This document shows, piece after piece, positions 9,666-19,463 of a stretch of DNA of 64,000 nucleotides. The translations under genes and the position numbers were made by a program. Source of the DNA: Dehalococcoidia bacterium. Its GTDB lineage: Bacteria > Chloroflexota > Dehalococcoidia > UBA2979. Each line of letters starts with the position of its first letter. Position 1 is the first letter of the stretch. The notes beneath the pieces are model-generated. The model was not told the origin of the DNA. It did not search any database and worked only from the letters and a program-made list of their open reading frames with translations. Location of the stretch: NCBI GenBank assembly GCA_965262725.1, contig OZ253555.1, positions 2,816,001-2,880,000 of the forward strand. The letters are read 5' to 3'.

Positions 9666-10925
9666 CTATGGAGTGACCGCCGCTGACTCCGGGAGACCCC
9701 ACGCCGCAGCGAGCTCCCGCAGCCGCTGCCGCGACGTCACGCTCCGCACCTCGCCGAGGAAGACGGCGAGGGAGCCCATTCGCTCGCGCAGCGCCCGCAG
9801 CTCCTCCCCCAGCGGATCGACCGAGTCCGCGCGCGCGGCGTACGTACCGAACCAGGCGAAGTAGGCCTGGTTGATGCGACGGATCACGATCCCCCCGGCT
9901 GCCAGCTCGTCGCGCGTCTGCTCCATCAGCCGCTCCGCATCAGCGATCCGCCCCTCGGCCAAGAGGTCGTCCACCGCGATGTGAAGCTCCCTCAAGGTCT
10001 CGGCCCGATACGACGCGCGCAGCGCCCGCGCCTCGTCGGGGGGCGCGTCCGACCCGCCTCCAAGCCCGGAACCCTCCGCCGCGGTTGGATCCCCGAAGCG
10101 TTCGAGGACCAAGACGGCCACCTCGTCTCCCACGATATCGGCGACGGTCTCGTTAATCGTGCGCAGCTCCTGCGAGCGGAAGTAGGAGAGACCGAGTGGG
10201 TAGAAGGCAAGGTAGTGGTGCACCCACTCGTGCGCGACGGTCGCAACGGTACCGGCGTAGCTGCGGTCGGCGCTGACCACGGCGGGGTAGAGCGCGATGC
10301 CGCCCGTCCGGAGGGCGACGGCCGAGATCGCCGCATCACCCGCCTCCCGCGCGCGCTCCAGCTCGACCGCCTCTTCGAGCGTCTTCCCGGGGGCCAGCAG
10401 CTCGTCGCCCGCGCGCTCGATGCGGTCGCGGGGGGAGGTGACGAGCACCCACGGCGATAGCGCGAGTTCGATGTCGACCGGGGGAAAGACAGAACCGGGA
10501 AGCGGGATACGCCCCTGGACGCGGAGCTCCCGGAGCACGGCGTCGACCCGCCCCTCGATCGCCGCCTCGACGGCGCCCTCCAGACGGGCGGCCGTCTCGC
10601 CGCGCCGATCGGCGAGCGCGAAGTAGCGCGCGATCGCCACATCCGCCGCGGGGTCATCGCGGAACGGGGCGCCCAGGGCATGCACCCATTTGTTGGGCGC
10701 GCTGGCCAGTTCCCAACGCAGATAGTCGTAGCGCTCGCCCCGACCCTCGAAGCGAAGGGCGAGCAGAGCGGTCCACAGGAGGGCGGCGGCTATGGCCACC
10801 GCAGCAGCGACCACGACCGCTCTCGTCCCCCGCCGCCCGCTCGCGCGACCGCCCCCGGGGACGACCGGGGCGTCGCCGGCGGGGCCTCGACGGGCCGGGT
10901 GAGCGGGGCGCTGCTTCTCTCCCAC
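9666..10925 (-). CDS. membrane-anchored hypothetical protein with HEXXH zinc-peptidase motif
   Basis: N-terminal hydrophobic helix; AHEWVHH followed by INETVAD. Confidence 0.7.
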   Translation of the reverse strand: MGEKQRPAHPARRGPAGDAPVVPGGGRASGRRGTRAVVVAAAVAIAAALLWTALLALRFEGRGERYDYLRWELASAPNKWVHALGAPFRDDPAADVAIARYFALADRRGETAARLEGAVEAAIEGRVDAVLRELRVQGRIPLPGSVFPPVDIELALSPWVLVTSPRDRIERAGDELLAPGKTLEEAVELERAREAGDAAISAVALRTGGIALYPAVVSADRSYAGTVATVAHEWVHHYLAFYPLGLSYFRSQELRTINETVADIVGDEVAVLVLERFGDPTAAEGSGLGGGSDAPPDEARALRASYRAETLRELHIAVDDLLAEGRIADAERLMEQTRDELAAGGIVIRRINQAYFAWFGTYAARADSVDPLGEELRALRERMGSLAVFLGEVRSVTSRQRLRELAAAWGLPESAAVTP

Positions 10926-11012
10926 ACGTCGAGCGTAGCGCGGAGGCGCTCGACGGATACGGTGCCGAGCGCTCGTATCGTCGGGTCCGCCCGGTGGCGT
11001 AGAGTAGCCTCA

Positions 11013-11552
11013 ATGCCGACCCCGCCTGCGGAACCGGGCCGTTCGCGGATCCTCGCGGCCGCCGCGATCGACGGCGTGCTGCTCGCCGCCCTCCACGCGG
11101 GCGCCCTCCTGCTCGCGACGGCATGGCTGCTGGCGCGATCCGGGCTCGGGCGCCTCGATGTCGGCAACATGGATGCCGCCGTCGCGCTCGCGGTCGCCGG
11201 AGCGGTGGCTCCCGCCTGGATCGCCTGGACGCTACTCGCCGCCCGCTGGCAGCTGGCCACGCCCGGACAGAGGGTCGCCCGGATCCGCCCCGTCCCGGCC
11301 GACGGCGCGACCCGCGGCGCTCTATACGTGCGGGCTGCGACGGCGCCGCTTTCGCTTCCGGGCTGGCTCTGGGCGGCGGCGACGCCGCTTCTCGCCGGCC
11401 TGCCGGCGTGGCTGGCGCTCCCGCCGCTGCTGGGAGCAACGGGCGTCGCGGTGACCGGGCTCGGATCGCTGGGCGTGCTGCTCGTCAGGCCGCGCGCTCG
11501 GCTGCTGCACGACCGGGTGGCGCGCACGACGCTGGTCGCGGTCGGGCCATGA
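11013..11552 (+). CDS. RDD family membrane protein
   Basis: RILAAAAIDG, TPGQRVARIR, RLLHDRVART. Confidence 0.8.
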   Translation: MPTPPAEPGRSRILAAAAIDGVLLAALHAGALLLATAWLLARSGLGRLDVGNMDAAVALAVAGAVAPAWIAWTLLAARWQLATPGQRVARIRPVPADGATRGALYVRAATAPLSLPGWLWAAATPLLAGLPAWLALPPLLGATGVAVTGLGSLGVLLVRPRARLLHDRVARTTLVAVGP

Positions 11553-12610
11553 GTGATCCCCCCCGGCAGCAGCACTTCGACTTCGGCGACGACGAGGTCG
11601 AGGGGGACGACGACGGAGCGACGGCCGCGCCTGAGACACCCGCGGAGGGGCCACCCGAAGGGGTCGCGCCCGCGCCCGACTCATCCGACCCCGCCGACCG
11701 GCCCGCCCCGGTGGTCACCGAGGACGGCGAGTACTGGTTCCCGCGCCGGGACGAGGAGATGGTCCCACGCGAGCTGCGCTCAGAGCGCTGGCTCGGGATG
11801 CGCAACGCCGCCGCATGGATCGCAGCCGTGGCGCTCGGCGGTCTCGCGGCGGCCGCACTCGTGGCGCACTCCGTCGTTCAGGCCACGAGCGATGAGGTCG
11901 CGCGGCCGGCGTTGAGGAACGCGATCAACGCGATCGCAGAGCCCGAGGCGCTCATCGATCTCCACTTCGAGCGCGTCGTGGAGGCCGCGACCCGCGCCGC
12001 GCCAGGCGAGGACGTCGTCGTACCGGGATATGCGGTCGTGGGCGTCGCGCTCACCGCGGAGGAGGCTGCGAGCGGGGATCGTGCACGGATGCGCGATGCT
12101 CTGCTGGAGCGCAGCGTCACGCTCGTCCGGGCCCAGGGCCGGCGCGCGCTCGCGGAGAGGGGGATCGCGCCGCCGGTGCGCGATCGGTTCTCCACGGCCG
12201 GCGCCGTCGCCGCCCTGCTGGACGGACTCACCACGGCGACCCACGAGAACTGGGCGGACTGGAGAACGAGGCTTGTAGTGGCGGCGGCGGTGCTCGGCGT
12301 CGCCGTGGCCGCACTGCCGCGTGGCTTCAACGGCGTCCTCGGGCTCGGGGCGGCCCTGCTCGGGGCGGGTGTCCTCGTGGCCGTTGGCTCGCTGGTGCTG
12401 CGCGTCGCGCTCTCCGCCGCGAGCGTCGAGGGCGCCCTTCTCGACGAGTACCTGCGGATCGGGCGCGACCTGACTCTCATCCCGCTGCGGAATGGCATCG
12501 TGCTCGGCGCTGCGGGAGCGGTTCTGGTGTTGCCGGCGGCGATGCTGCGAGCCTTCTTCGAGCGCTCAGAAATACGTGCGCCGCCGACCACTGCCGGCGG
12601 AGCGGGGTGA
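11549..12610 (+). CDS. hypothetical membrane protein (acidic N-terminus, about 4 TM)
   Basis: ATGA overlap with the RDD gene; hydrophobic segments. Confidence 0.7.
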   Translation: MSDPPRQQHFDFGDDEVEGDDDGATAAPETPAEGPPEGVAPAPDSSDPADRPAPVVTEDGEYWFPRRDEEMVPRELRSERWLGMRNAAAWIAAVALGGLAAAALVAHSVVQATSDEVARPALRNAINAIAEPEALIDLHFERVVEAATRAAPGEDVVVPGYAVVGVALTAEEAASGDRARMRDALLERSVTLVRAQGRRALAERGIAPPVRDRFSTAGAVAALLDGLTTATHENWADWRTRLVVAAAVLGVAVAALPRGFNGVLGLGAALLGAGVLVAVGSLVLRVALSAASVEGALLDEYLRIGRDLTLIPLRNGIVLGAAGAVLVLPAAMLRAFFERSEIRAPPTTAGGAG

Positions 12611-12750
12611 AGTGGGGGACGAGAGCGGTGGCGGCGACGGCGCCCCGGCGGGCCGTCGCCCGGCGCCGGTTGACGGGTGCGCGGGCGGGGGATAGCGTCC
12701 CGTGTCGCGCCGTGGGCGCCCATCACGACGCCCCACCCGGAAGGTCCCGC

Positions 12751-13842
12751 ATGCTGCGCAACCCGCGCACCTTCGTCGAGCCACTCGCGATCGGGGCACC
12801 GGCGCCGCCTCGCGAGATCCCGGCGCGGCCGATGCGGATGGTCCACTTCTTCGACCCGAGCCACCCGCGAATGCGCGCGCGCATTCCGCAGATCATCCCC
12901 CAGGTGGATGTCCTCCTCGGCAACCTGGAGGACGCGATCGCCGCCGACAAGAAGGATGAGGCTCGCGCCGGGTTGATCGAGATCGCGCGCGAGAACGACT
13001 GCGGCGACACCGCGCTCTGGACCCGCGTCAACAGCCTCGACTCGCCGTGGTTCCTCGACGACATCACGGAGCTCGTCGCGACGATCGGCGACCGGCTCGA
13101 CGTGATCATGCTCCCCAAGGTGAACGGCCCGTGGGACATCACCTTCCTCGACCAGCTGTTGGCGCAGCTCGAGGCGAAGCACGCCATCCGGAAGCCACTG
13201 TTGGTGCACGCCGTCCTAGAGACAGCGATCGGCGTCGCCAACGTCGAGGAAATCGCCACCGCCAGCCCGCGCATGCAGGGGATGAGCCTTGGCCCCGCGG
13301 ACCTCGCCGCGTCGCGACGCATGAAGACGACGCGGGTCGGTGGCGGGCACCCGGGTTATGTCGTGCGGAGCGATCCCGACCCCGCAGACGCCGACGCGCC
13401 TCGGCCGACCGCGCAGCAGGATCTATGGCACTACACCATGGCGCGCATGGTGGACGCCTGTAACGCGGCGGGCTGCTACCCGTTCTACGGCCCCTTCGGC
13501 GACATCGCCGACCCCGTGGCCTGTGAGGATCAGTTCCGGAACGCGTTCCTGATGGGATGCGTCGGGGCGTGGTCCATCCACCCGAGCCAGATCGAGATTG
13601 CCAAGCGCGTCTTCTCCCCGCCCGCAGACGAGGTCGCCTTCGCACGCCGCATCACCGAGGCGATGGGCGACGGCTCCGGCGTGATCATGCTCGATGGAAA
13701 GATGCAGGACGATGCGACCTACAAGCAGGCGCAGGTCATGCTGACCACCGCGCGCCGGCTCGCCGAGCGAGACGCCGAGCTCGCCGCGCTCTACGGTTTC
13801 GAAAGCGGCTCCGGCGGGGGCGACGCCGCCCCGCAGGGCTAG
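12751..13842 (+). CDS. mcl: (S)-malyl-CoA/beta-methylmalyl-CoA/citramalyl-CoA lyase, Chloroflexus type (CitE superfamily)
   Basis: [58 protein letters not shown]; matches recalled C. aurantiacus Mcl along its length. Confidence 0.9.
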   Translation: MLRNPRTFVEPLAIGAPAPPREIPARPMRMVHFFDPSHPRMRARIPQIIPQVDVLLGNLEDAIAADKKDEARAGLIEIARENDCGDTALWTRVNSLDSPWFLDDITELVATIGDRLDVIMLPKVNGPWDITFLDQLLAQLEAKHAIRKPLLVHAVLETAIGVANVEEIATASPRMQGMSLGPADLAASRRMKTTRVGGGHPGYVVRSDPDPADADAPRPTAQQDLWHYTMARMVDACNAAGCYPFYGPFGDIADPVACEDQFRNAFLMGCVGAWSIHPSQIEIAKRVFSPPADEVAFARRITEAMGDGSGVIMLDGKMQDDATYKQAQVMLTTARRLAERDAELAALYGFESGSGGGDAAPQG

Positions 13843-13857
13843 GCGGCGGGAAGAGCG

Positions 13858-15072
13858 ATGCGCTTCTACGAGTTTGAGGCGAAGCAGCTGCTGCGGCGGC
13901 GCGGCGTTCCGCTCCCCGGAAGCCGGCTCGCGCACACGGCCGACGAGGCCGCGGATGCGCAGCGCGCGCTCGGCGGCCCGGTTGTCCTCAAGTCGCAGGT
14001 ACTCAGCGGCGGCCGCATGAAAGCGGGCGGCGTGCGCTTCGCCGATACCGCCGAGGAGGCCCGCAGCGCCGCCGAGGCCATCCTCGCGCTCTCGATCAAC
14101 GACCAGCGCCCCACCGGCGTGCTGGTCGAGCAGAAGGGCGAGATCGCGCAGGAGTACTACGCCGCCGTGACGTGGGACGGTCGAGCGAAGCGCCCCGTCA
14201 TCATCTTCAGCGACATGGGGGGCATCGACATCGAGGAGGTCGCCGAGACACACCCCGATCACCTCTCCCGCACGCACCTCTCGACCCTGCGCCCGCTCTC
14301 CGACTACCAGGCGAAGCTCGCCGTCGCGCGCACCGGCGTGACCGGCGGCGACCTCAACCGCCTCGGCCGCATCGTGCTCCAGCTCGCGCGCGCCTTCCGC
14401 GAACACGACCTGACGCTGGCGGAGATCAACCCGATCGGGAAGCTCACGGACGGCAGCATCCTCGCTCTCGACGCGCACATGGAGATGGAGGCGGAGGCGC
14501 GCGGCACGCACCGCGCCCTCCTCGCCGAGCTCGGGATCCCCGAGCACGACACCCGCCAGGCGCGTCCGCCCACCCCCTTCGAGGTCGCGGGTGCCCGAGT
14601 GGACGCCCAGGACACCCGCGGCGTCGCCGGCAACGTCACCGAGTTCTCGGGCACGCTCGGGCTCGTGATCGGGGCGGGCGGCGGCTCGCTCACCCTCTTC
14701 GACGCGGTGCGCGCCGCCGGCGGCGACCCCGCGAACTACTGCGAGGTCGGGGGCAATCCCTCGGTGCGCAAGACGGCCGCCCTCACGCAGCTCATCGTCT
14801 CGAAGCCGGGCGTAGACAAGATCGCGGTGATGATGAACGTCGTCTCCAACACCCGGGTCGACATCATGGCGCGCGGCGTGATCAAGGGGGTGATCGACGC
14901 CGGATTCGACCCGGCCGAGAAGATCGCGATCTTCCGCATCCCCGGCTCCTGGGAGGAGGAGGGCTTCGCCATCCTCAGGCGCTACGGCGTCGAGTACGTG
15001 GACCGGTCGGTCTCGATGCACGAGGCGGCGAGGCGCGCCGTCGCGAAGCTCGCTCGACCGGACGGGGGCTAG
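13858..15072 (+). CDS. ADP-forming acyl-CoA synthetase beta subunit (SucC superfamily, atypical, citryl-CoA-synthetase-like)
   Basis: YEFEAKQLL, KSQVLSGGRMKAGGV, GGIDIEEVA, EINP; ligase domain GAGGGSLT/ANYCEVGGNP instead of NGAGLAM/ANFLDVGG. Confidence 0.88.
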   Translation: MRFYEFEAKQLLRRRGVPLPGSRLAHTADEAADAQRALGGPVVLKSQVLSGGRMKAGGVRFADTAEEARSAAEAILALSINDQRPTGVLVEQKGEIAQEYYAAVTWDGRAKRPVIIFSDMGGIDIEEVAETHPDHLSRTHLSTLRPLSDYQAKLAVARTGVTGGDLNRLGRIVLQLARAFREHDLTLAEINPIGKLTDGSILALDAHMEMEAEARGTHRALLAELGIPEHDTRQARPPTPFEVAGARVDAQDTRGVAGNVTEFSGTLGLVIGAGGGSLTLFDAVRAAGGDPANYCEVGGNPSVRKTAALTQLIVSKPGVDKIAVMMNVVSNTRVDIMARGVIKGVIDAGFDPAEKIAIFRIPGSWEEEGFAILRRYGVEYVDRSVSMHEAARRAVAKLARPDGG

Positions 15073-15076
15073 CCGC

Positions 15077-15979
15077 GTGTCGATCCTCATCGACCGCGAG
15101 AGCACGTTCATCATCCAGGGGATCACGGGCCGCGAGGCCGTGACGATGGCCAGAGAGCTCCTGGACTACGGCGCGAAGTTGCTGGGCGGCGTCACGCCCG
15201 GGCGCAAGGGGCGAGAGGTGCACGGCGTTCCCGTGGAGGACACGGTGCGGGCGTTCACGGAGCGGACGCGAGTGGACGGCTCCATCGTCGTGGTCCCGCC
15301 GGCGTTCGCCGCCGACGCCGTGCACGAGGCCATCGAGGCCGGCGTGAAGCTGATCGTCGTCGTGACCGAGCGCATCCCGCGCAGGGAGGTCGCGGAGTTC
15401 GTGGAGCACGCCGAGCAGGAGGGCGCCCGCGTCATCGGCCCCAACTGTCTGGGTATCATCTCGCCGGGGAAGTCGCGGATGGGAGGGATCGGCGGCTCGG
15501 CGGACGCCACGCGCCGAGCCTTCCATCCGGGATCGGTCGGCGTGATGTCGCGCTCCGGCGGGATGACGGTCGAGATCGCGAACGCGCTCTCTCAGGCGGG
15601 GCTCGGCATCTCGACGGCGTGCTCAATCGGAGGCGACGCCATTATCGGCTCCACCTACGCCGAGCTCATGCCGCTCTTCGAGGGGGACCCGGAGACGCAG
15701 GGGATCGCCATTTACAGCGAGCCGGGCGGGCGCGCGGAGGCGGCGCTCGCCGAGTACATGGAGGCCGTCTCCTCGCGCCTTCCCGTGGTGGCCTTCATGG
15801 CCGGTCGCTTCATGGACGCTATGCCGGGGATGCGCTTCGGCCACGCCGGGACGATCGTGGAGGGACGCGAGGACACGACCGCGGAGAAGATCGAGCGCAT
15901 GGAGCGAGCCGGGATCGCCGTCGCCGACCGGATCGAGCACATCCCCGCGCTCCTGCGCGAGAGGATGGGCGCACGCTGA
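15077..15979 (+). CDS. ADP-forming acyl-CoA synthetase alpha subunit (SucD-like)
   Basis: QGITGRE, GPNCLGII, SRSGGMT, SIGGD, phospho-His RFGHAG. Confidence 0.9.
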   Translation: MSILIDRESTFIIQGITGREAVTMARELLDYGAKLLGGVTPGRKGREVHGVPVEDTVRAFTERTRVDGSIVVVPPAFAADAVHEAIEAGVKLIVVVTERIPRREVAEFVEHAEQEGARVIGPNCLGIISPGKSRMGGIGGSADATRRAFHPGSVGVMSRSGGMTVEIANALSQAGLGISTACSIGGDAIIGSTYAELMPLFEGDPETQGIAIYSEPGGRAEAALAEYMEAVSSRLPVVAFMAGRFMDAMPGMRFGHAGTIVEGREDTTAEKIERMERAGIAVADRIEHIPALLRERMGAR

Positions 15980-16206
15980 TGCCGGACGGGCTCTTCATCC
16001 GCGTCGACATCGCCGAGTCGGTCCAGAAGGACCCGGAGCTCGTACAGCGCCTGATCGAGGTCTGTCCCGTCGACATCTTCGATCGGGCGGAGGGGGGTGG
16101 CGTGACGACGGTGACGGCGAACCTCGACGAGTGCACCCTCTGCGACCTCTGTATTCAGGCCGCGGGCGACGACCGCGTCCGAGTGGTGAAGCTTTACGCG
16201 GAGTAG
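15979..16206 (+). CDS. small 4Fe-4S ferredoxin
   Basis: EVCPVDIF and ECTLCDLC; TGATG overlap with the alpha subunit. Confidence 0.85.
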   Translation: MPDGLFIRVDIAESVQKDPELVQRLIEVCPVDIFDRAEGGGVTTVTANLDECTLCDLCIQAAGDDRVRVVKLYAE

Positions 16207-16215
16207 GGGGCGACG

Positions 16216-16737
16216 ATGGCGACGATGCTGATCTCCGAGTCGATGGCGGACGGGCTCTCGCTCCAAGTGGGGCGGGAGTTCCAGGCCTCCCTCCAGTACG
16301 AGATGCTCGCGGCCTACTTCGAGCGAGAGGCGCTCCCCAATCTCGCCGCCCGCTACCGCGGGCAGGCCGAGGAGGAGCGGAGTCACGGACTCAAGCTGAT
16401 CGCCTTCCTCAACAACGCGGGCGCCATCGTCCGCATCCCCGCGATCGAGGCCGGGCAGGCCGAGTTCTCCTCACCCATGGAGGCGCTTGAACTCGCGCTG
16501 ACGAGCGAGACCGAGGTCACGAAGGCGATCAACACGCTGATGGATCTCGCCCTCGAGGAGCACGATCACATGTCGCGCGGCCTGCTCCAGTGGTTCGTCG
16601 ACGAGCAGCTCGAGGAGGTCGCAACCGCCGATGCGCTCGTGATCGTCGCCCGGCGCGCCAGCGGCGACCTCCTCTACCTCGAGCAGTACGTCGCGGGGCT
16701 CCCTGCGCCCGGCACCGAGGCCGACGCCCCGGCTTAG
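16216..16737 (+). CDS. ftnA: non-heme ferritin
   Basis: QAEEERSH, ETEVTKAIN, LQWFVDEQLEE. Confidence 0.88.
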   Translation: MATMLISESMADGLSLQVGREFQASLQYEMLAAYFEREALPNLAARYRGQAEEERSHGLKLIAFLNNAGAIVRIPAIEAGQAEFSSPMEALELALTSETEVTKAINTLMDLALEEHDHMSRGLLQWFVDEQLEEVATADALVIVARRASGDLLYLEQYVAGLPAPGTEADAPA

Positions 16738-16817
16738 GCAGCAGCCGGCGCCCGCACCTGGTCTGATCTCTCGCAGGAGGCCGTCTCGCATCGACCCGGC
16801 AGCGCCGTAGCGGAAGC

Positions 16818-16899
16818 GACGACGACCTCATGAGGGCCCTGCGTCGAGGGAGAGCGGGTCGACGAGGAACTCATGGTGCTCCGTCCGACGGGAGAGCGG
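16818..16899. repeat. imperfect ~43-bp tandem duplication in an intergenic region
   Basis: gacgaSgaMctcatg-N14/15-gggagagcgg at 16818-16857 and 16861-16899. Confidence 0.6.
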
Positions 16900-16996
16900 T
16901 AGGAGCACTCACACCGCGGCCGCTCCCTCCCACGCCCGGGCGGCCAGAGGTCGACGCGACTCGCGCTACGCTCGCGCGCAGTGAGAGCGGGACGAA

Positions 16997-17308
16997 TCAG
17001 AGCGCGCCGTCTCCCGTCGCCGACGGTGGCGGTGGCGGTGGCGGTGGCGAGATCGTCGGGCGGCCGTGCATCGCGATCTCCGTGTCGCGCTCCTGCCGGC
17101 GCAATGCCTCACCCGAGCAGCCGCGCGCACGCAGCTGACGCTCGAACATCTCGCGCTCGTGGCGGGCCGCCAGGAGTTCCGCGCGGCCGAAGCGGCCGCT
17201 CGTGTCGACGACGACCGCGTGGTACCGGCGCCACTCGCGGTAGAGCTCGGCACACCTCTCGTCGTGCTCGTGGCCGGGAGCGACGGACGGCTCCTCCGCC
17301 ACGGTCAT
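16997..17308 (-). CDS. hypothetical protein with C-terminal poly-Pro
   Basis: ATGA overlap with the rpiB stop; (GGTGGC)4 at 17025-17048 encodes the Pro run. Confidence 0.65.
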   Translation of the reverse strand: MTVAEEPSVAPGHEHDERCAELYREWRRYHAVVVDTSGRFGRAELLAARHEREMFERQLRARGCSGEALRRQERDTEIAMHGRPTISPPPPPPPPSATGDGAL

Positions 17309-17745
17309 CCCCCTCCGGCGGGATCGATCTGCGCGATGCGCCGGGCGTGGCGTCCGCCATCGAAGGTGGTCCCCAGCCACATGTCGACGATCGCGACCGC
17401 GAGTTCCTCGCTCACCATTCGCTCGCCGATGGAGATCACGTTGGCGTCGTTGTGACGCCGCGCGAGCTCCGCCGCCTCGACGCTCCAGCACACAGCGCAG
17501 CGAATCCCCCGGAGCCGGTTCGCGACGATCGCCTCGCCGTTGCCCGAGCCGCCGAGCACGATGGCGCGCTCGCACTCGCCGCGTGCCACCGCCCCGGCCG
17601 CCGAGCGGATGAAGGGCGGGTAGTCGACCTCCTCCGCCGAGTTCGTCCCCATGTCGACGACATCGTGCCCGGCCGCCTCGAGGTGGCGACGGATCGTCTC
17701 CTTGTGGCGGTAGCCCGCGTGGTCGGAGGCGACGGCGATGCGCAT
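17305..17745 (-). CDS. rpiB: ribose-5-phosphate isomerase B
   Basis: MRIAVASDHAG, VDYP, GGSGNGE (Mycobacterium-type), RRHNDAN, FDGGRHARR. Confidence 0.95.
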   Translation of the reverse strand: MRIAVASDHAGYRHKETIRRHLEAAGHDVVDMGTNSAEEVDYPPFIRSAAGAVARGECERAIVLGGSGNGEAIVANRLRGIRCAVCWSVEAAELARRHNDANVISIGERMVSEELAVAIVDMWLGTTFDGGRHARRIAQIDPAGGG

Positions 17746-17753
17746 TCGCCGCG

Positions 17754-19424
17754 CTAGCCCCCGCGCGCGGCGCGTGCCAGAAGCTGGCGGCCGATCACCT
17801 TCAGCTCCAGCACTGGCTTGACGCCCTCGAAGATCGGGAGCACCAGCGCGTCCACGACGTACCGCGCGATCGGGTCCTCCTCGGAGAAACCCCAGCCGCC
17901 GTGCAGAAGCTGCGCCTCGCGCGTCACCTCGCCCGCGATGTCGCAGGCCAGGAGCTTCGCCATCGCCGGCTCCACGGCGCGTGTGTCGAAGTCCCGGGCC
18001 GCGACGTAGGTCAGCTGCCGCGCCGCCGCCGTGTGCGTCGCCATCACGCCGATCTTGTGCTGGGTCAGCTGGTACTCGGCGAGCGGGAGCCCAAACTGCG
18101 AGCGCTGCGTCACGTACTGACACGCCTTCTCGAGACCGGCCTGCGCCACGCCGATCGCGCGACCGCCGGTCTGCAGCCGTCCCGCGGCGAAGCCGCCCAT
18201 CTGCACGAAGAAGCCGTTGCCGATGCCGTCGTCCCCGCCGACCAGATTGGAATGCGACACCCAGACATCGTCGAGCGCGATCGTAAAGGAGTGCATGCCG
18301 CGGTAACCCGGCGTGGGGTTCGCCGTCCCCTCCATGACGCCACCCTGCGGCTGCTCGTAGCGCCAGTGGTGCCCCTCGAAGGTGGGTTTCGGCACCATGA
18401 AGAGCGAGAGACCGCGGTTGCCCGAGGCGGGATCGGGATCGGTGCGCGCGAGCAGGGCGAGTACGGTGGCGCGCCCGGAGAACGTGCTCCACGCCTTCTG
18501 CCCGCTGATGCGCCAGCCGCGCACGCCCTCGTGCTCGGAGGGGACGGCGCGCGTCTGGAGCGAGGCGACATCGGAGCCCACATCGGGCTCCGTCACCGCA
18601 ATCGCCACCAGTTCCTCGCCGGTGGCGATGCGCGGCAGCCACTGCGCGCGCTGCTCATCCGTGCCGCCGGAGAGGAGTGCCTTCGTCAAGATCTCCGGAC
18701 GCGTAGCGAGCGATCCGGCCGCCGCCAGCGACGCCATCGAGAGCTCTTCGGTGATGATGATCATCGGGAGATCGCCCATACCCGTCCCGCCGTACTGCTC
18801 CGGGATCGAGGACCCGAAGAAGCCCTGGCGCGAGAAGGCCTCCAGCAGCGAGTCGGGCACGAGCATGTCCTCGCGATGGATCTGCTGGGCGATCGGCGCG
18901 ACCTCGTTACGGGCGAACTCGCGTGCCATGTCGCGCGTCAGCGTGGCCGTCTCGTCCTCGAGGTCGACGTTGTTTGCGCCGAGGGTGGCGATCACCTCTC
19001 GGCCGAGCTCGCGCAGCCGCCCGTCCGCAAGGCCGCCGCGCAGTTCCACTCGGAGCGCCGGCTCGAGCAGCGGGCCGAGGTCGTCCTCCTCGAGCCCGAA
19101 CTCCCCCCACGCCGCCTCGATCGCCGAGCCGAGCGCGTGCGCGATCTCGGCCGCGTAGGCGTGCGCCATCATCGCCTGCCGCCAGTCCGGCTGGCCCTTC
19201 GCGGCGAGACGCTCTGCGTACGAAGTGAGTTCGTGCGCGGCCCGCACCTGCGTCGCGAGGTAGGAGACGCGCTCGACGTGCACCTGATGGTCGTCGATCC
19301 GGCGGCCGCCCTCGGTGAGCGCCGCAGCGCTCCGAAGCGCCGCACCAACAACACTCGTCGACGCCTCTACCAGCCGCCGCGCCGAGGCGATGGCCGCGCC
19401 CGGCGTGGTCTCCGTCGTCGTCAT
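17754..19424 (-). CDS. mcd: (2S)-methylsuccinyl-CoA dehydrogenase-like acyl-CoA dehydrogenase
   Basis: 556 aa with N-terminal extension; GSLATRPEI, TEPDVGSD, GYRGM, RLQTGGRAIGVAQ, IFEG; adjacent to mch. Confidence 0.78.
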   Translation of the reverse strand: MTTTETTPGAAIASARRLVEASTSVVGAALRSAAALTEGGRRIDDHQVHVERVSYLATQVRAAHELTSYAERLAAKGQPDWRQAMMAHAYAAEIAHALGSAIEAAWGEFGLEEDDLGPLLEPALRVELRGGLADGRLRELGREVIATLGANNVDLEDETATLTRDMAREFARNEVAPIAQQIHREDMLVPDSLLEAFSRQGFFGSSIPEQYGGTGMGDLPMIIITEELSMASLAAAGSLATRPEILTKALLSGGTDEQRAQWLPRIATGEELVAIAVTEPDVGSDVASLQTRAVPSEHEGVRGWRISGQKAWSTFSGRATVLALLARTDPDPASGNRGLSLFMVPKPTFEGHHWRYEQPQGGVMEGTANPTPGYRGMHSFTIALDDVWVSHSNLVGGDDGIGNGFFVQMGGFAAGRLQTGGRAIGVAQAGLEKACQYVTQRSQFGLPLAEYQLTQHKIGVMATHTAAARQLTYVAARDFDTRAVEPAMAKLLACDIAGEVTREAQLLHGGWGFSEEDPIARYVVDALVLPIFEGVKPVLELKVIGRQLLARAARGG

Positions 19425-19463
19425 GGGAACCCCCCTTAGGTCACCGCAGCTGGCGGACGGCGC

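Noticed and set aside
13858-15979. Naming the ligase sucC/sucD or mtkA/mtkB
   Set aside because: Substrate-binding motifs of the beta subunit differ from both, so symbols were withheld
16818-16899. Mini-CRISPR or tandem glycine riboswitch
   Set aside because: Only two degenerate units with ~15-nt cores, no cas genes, and no glycine aptamer motifs (ccgaagg/ctctcagg)
17025-17048. (GGTGGC)4 as a phase-variation tract
   Set aside because: In-frame hexamer encoding a C-terminal proline linker; copy changes would not shift the frame
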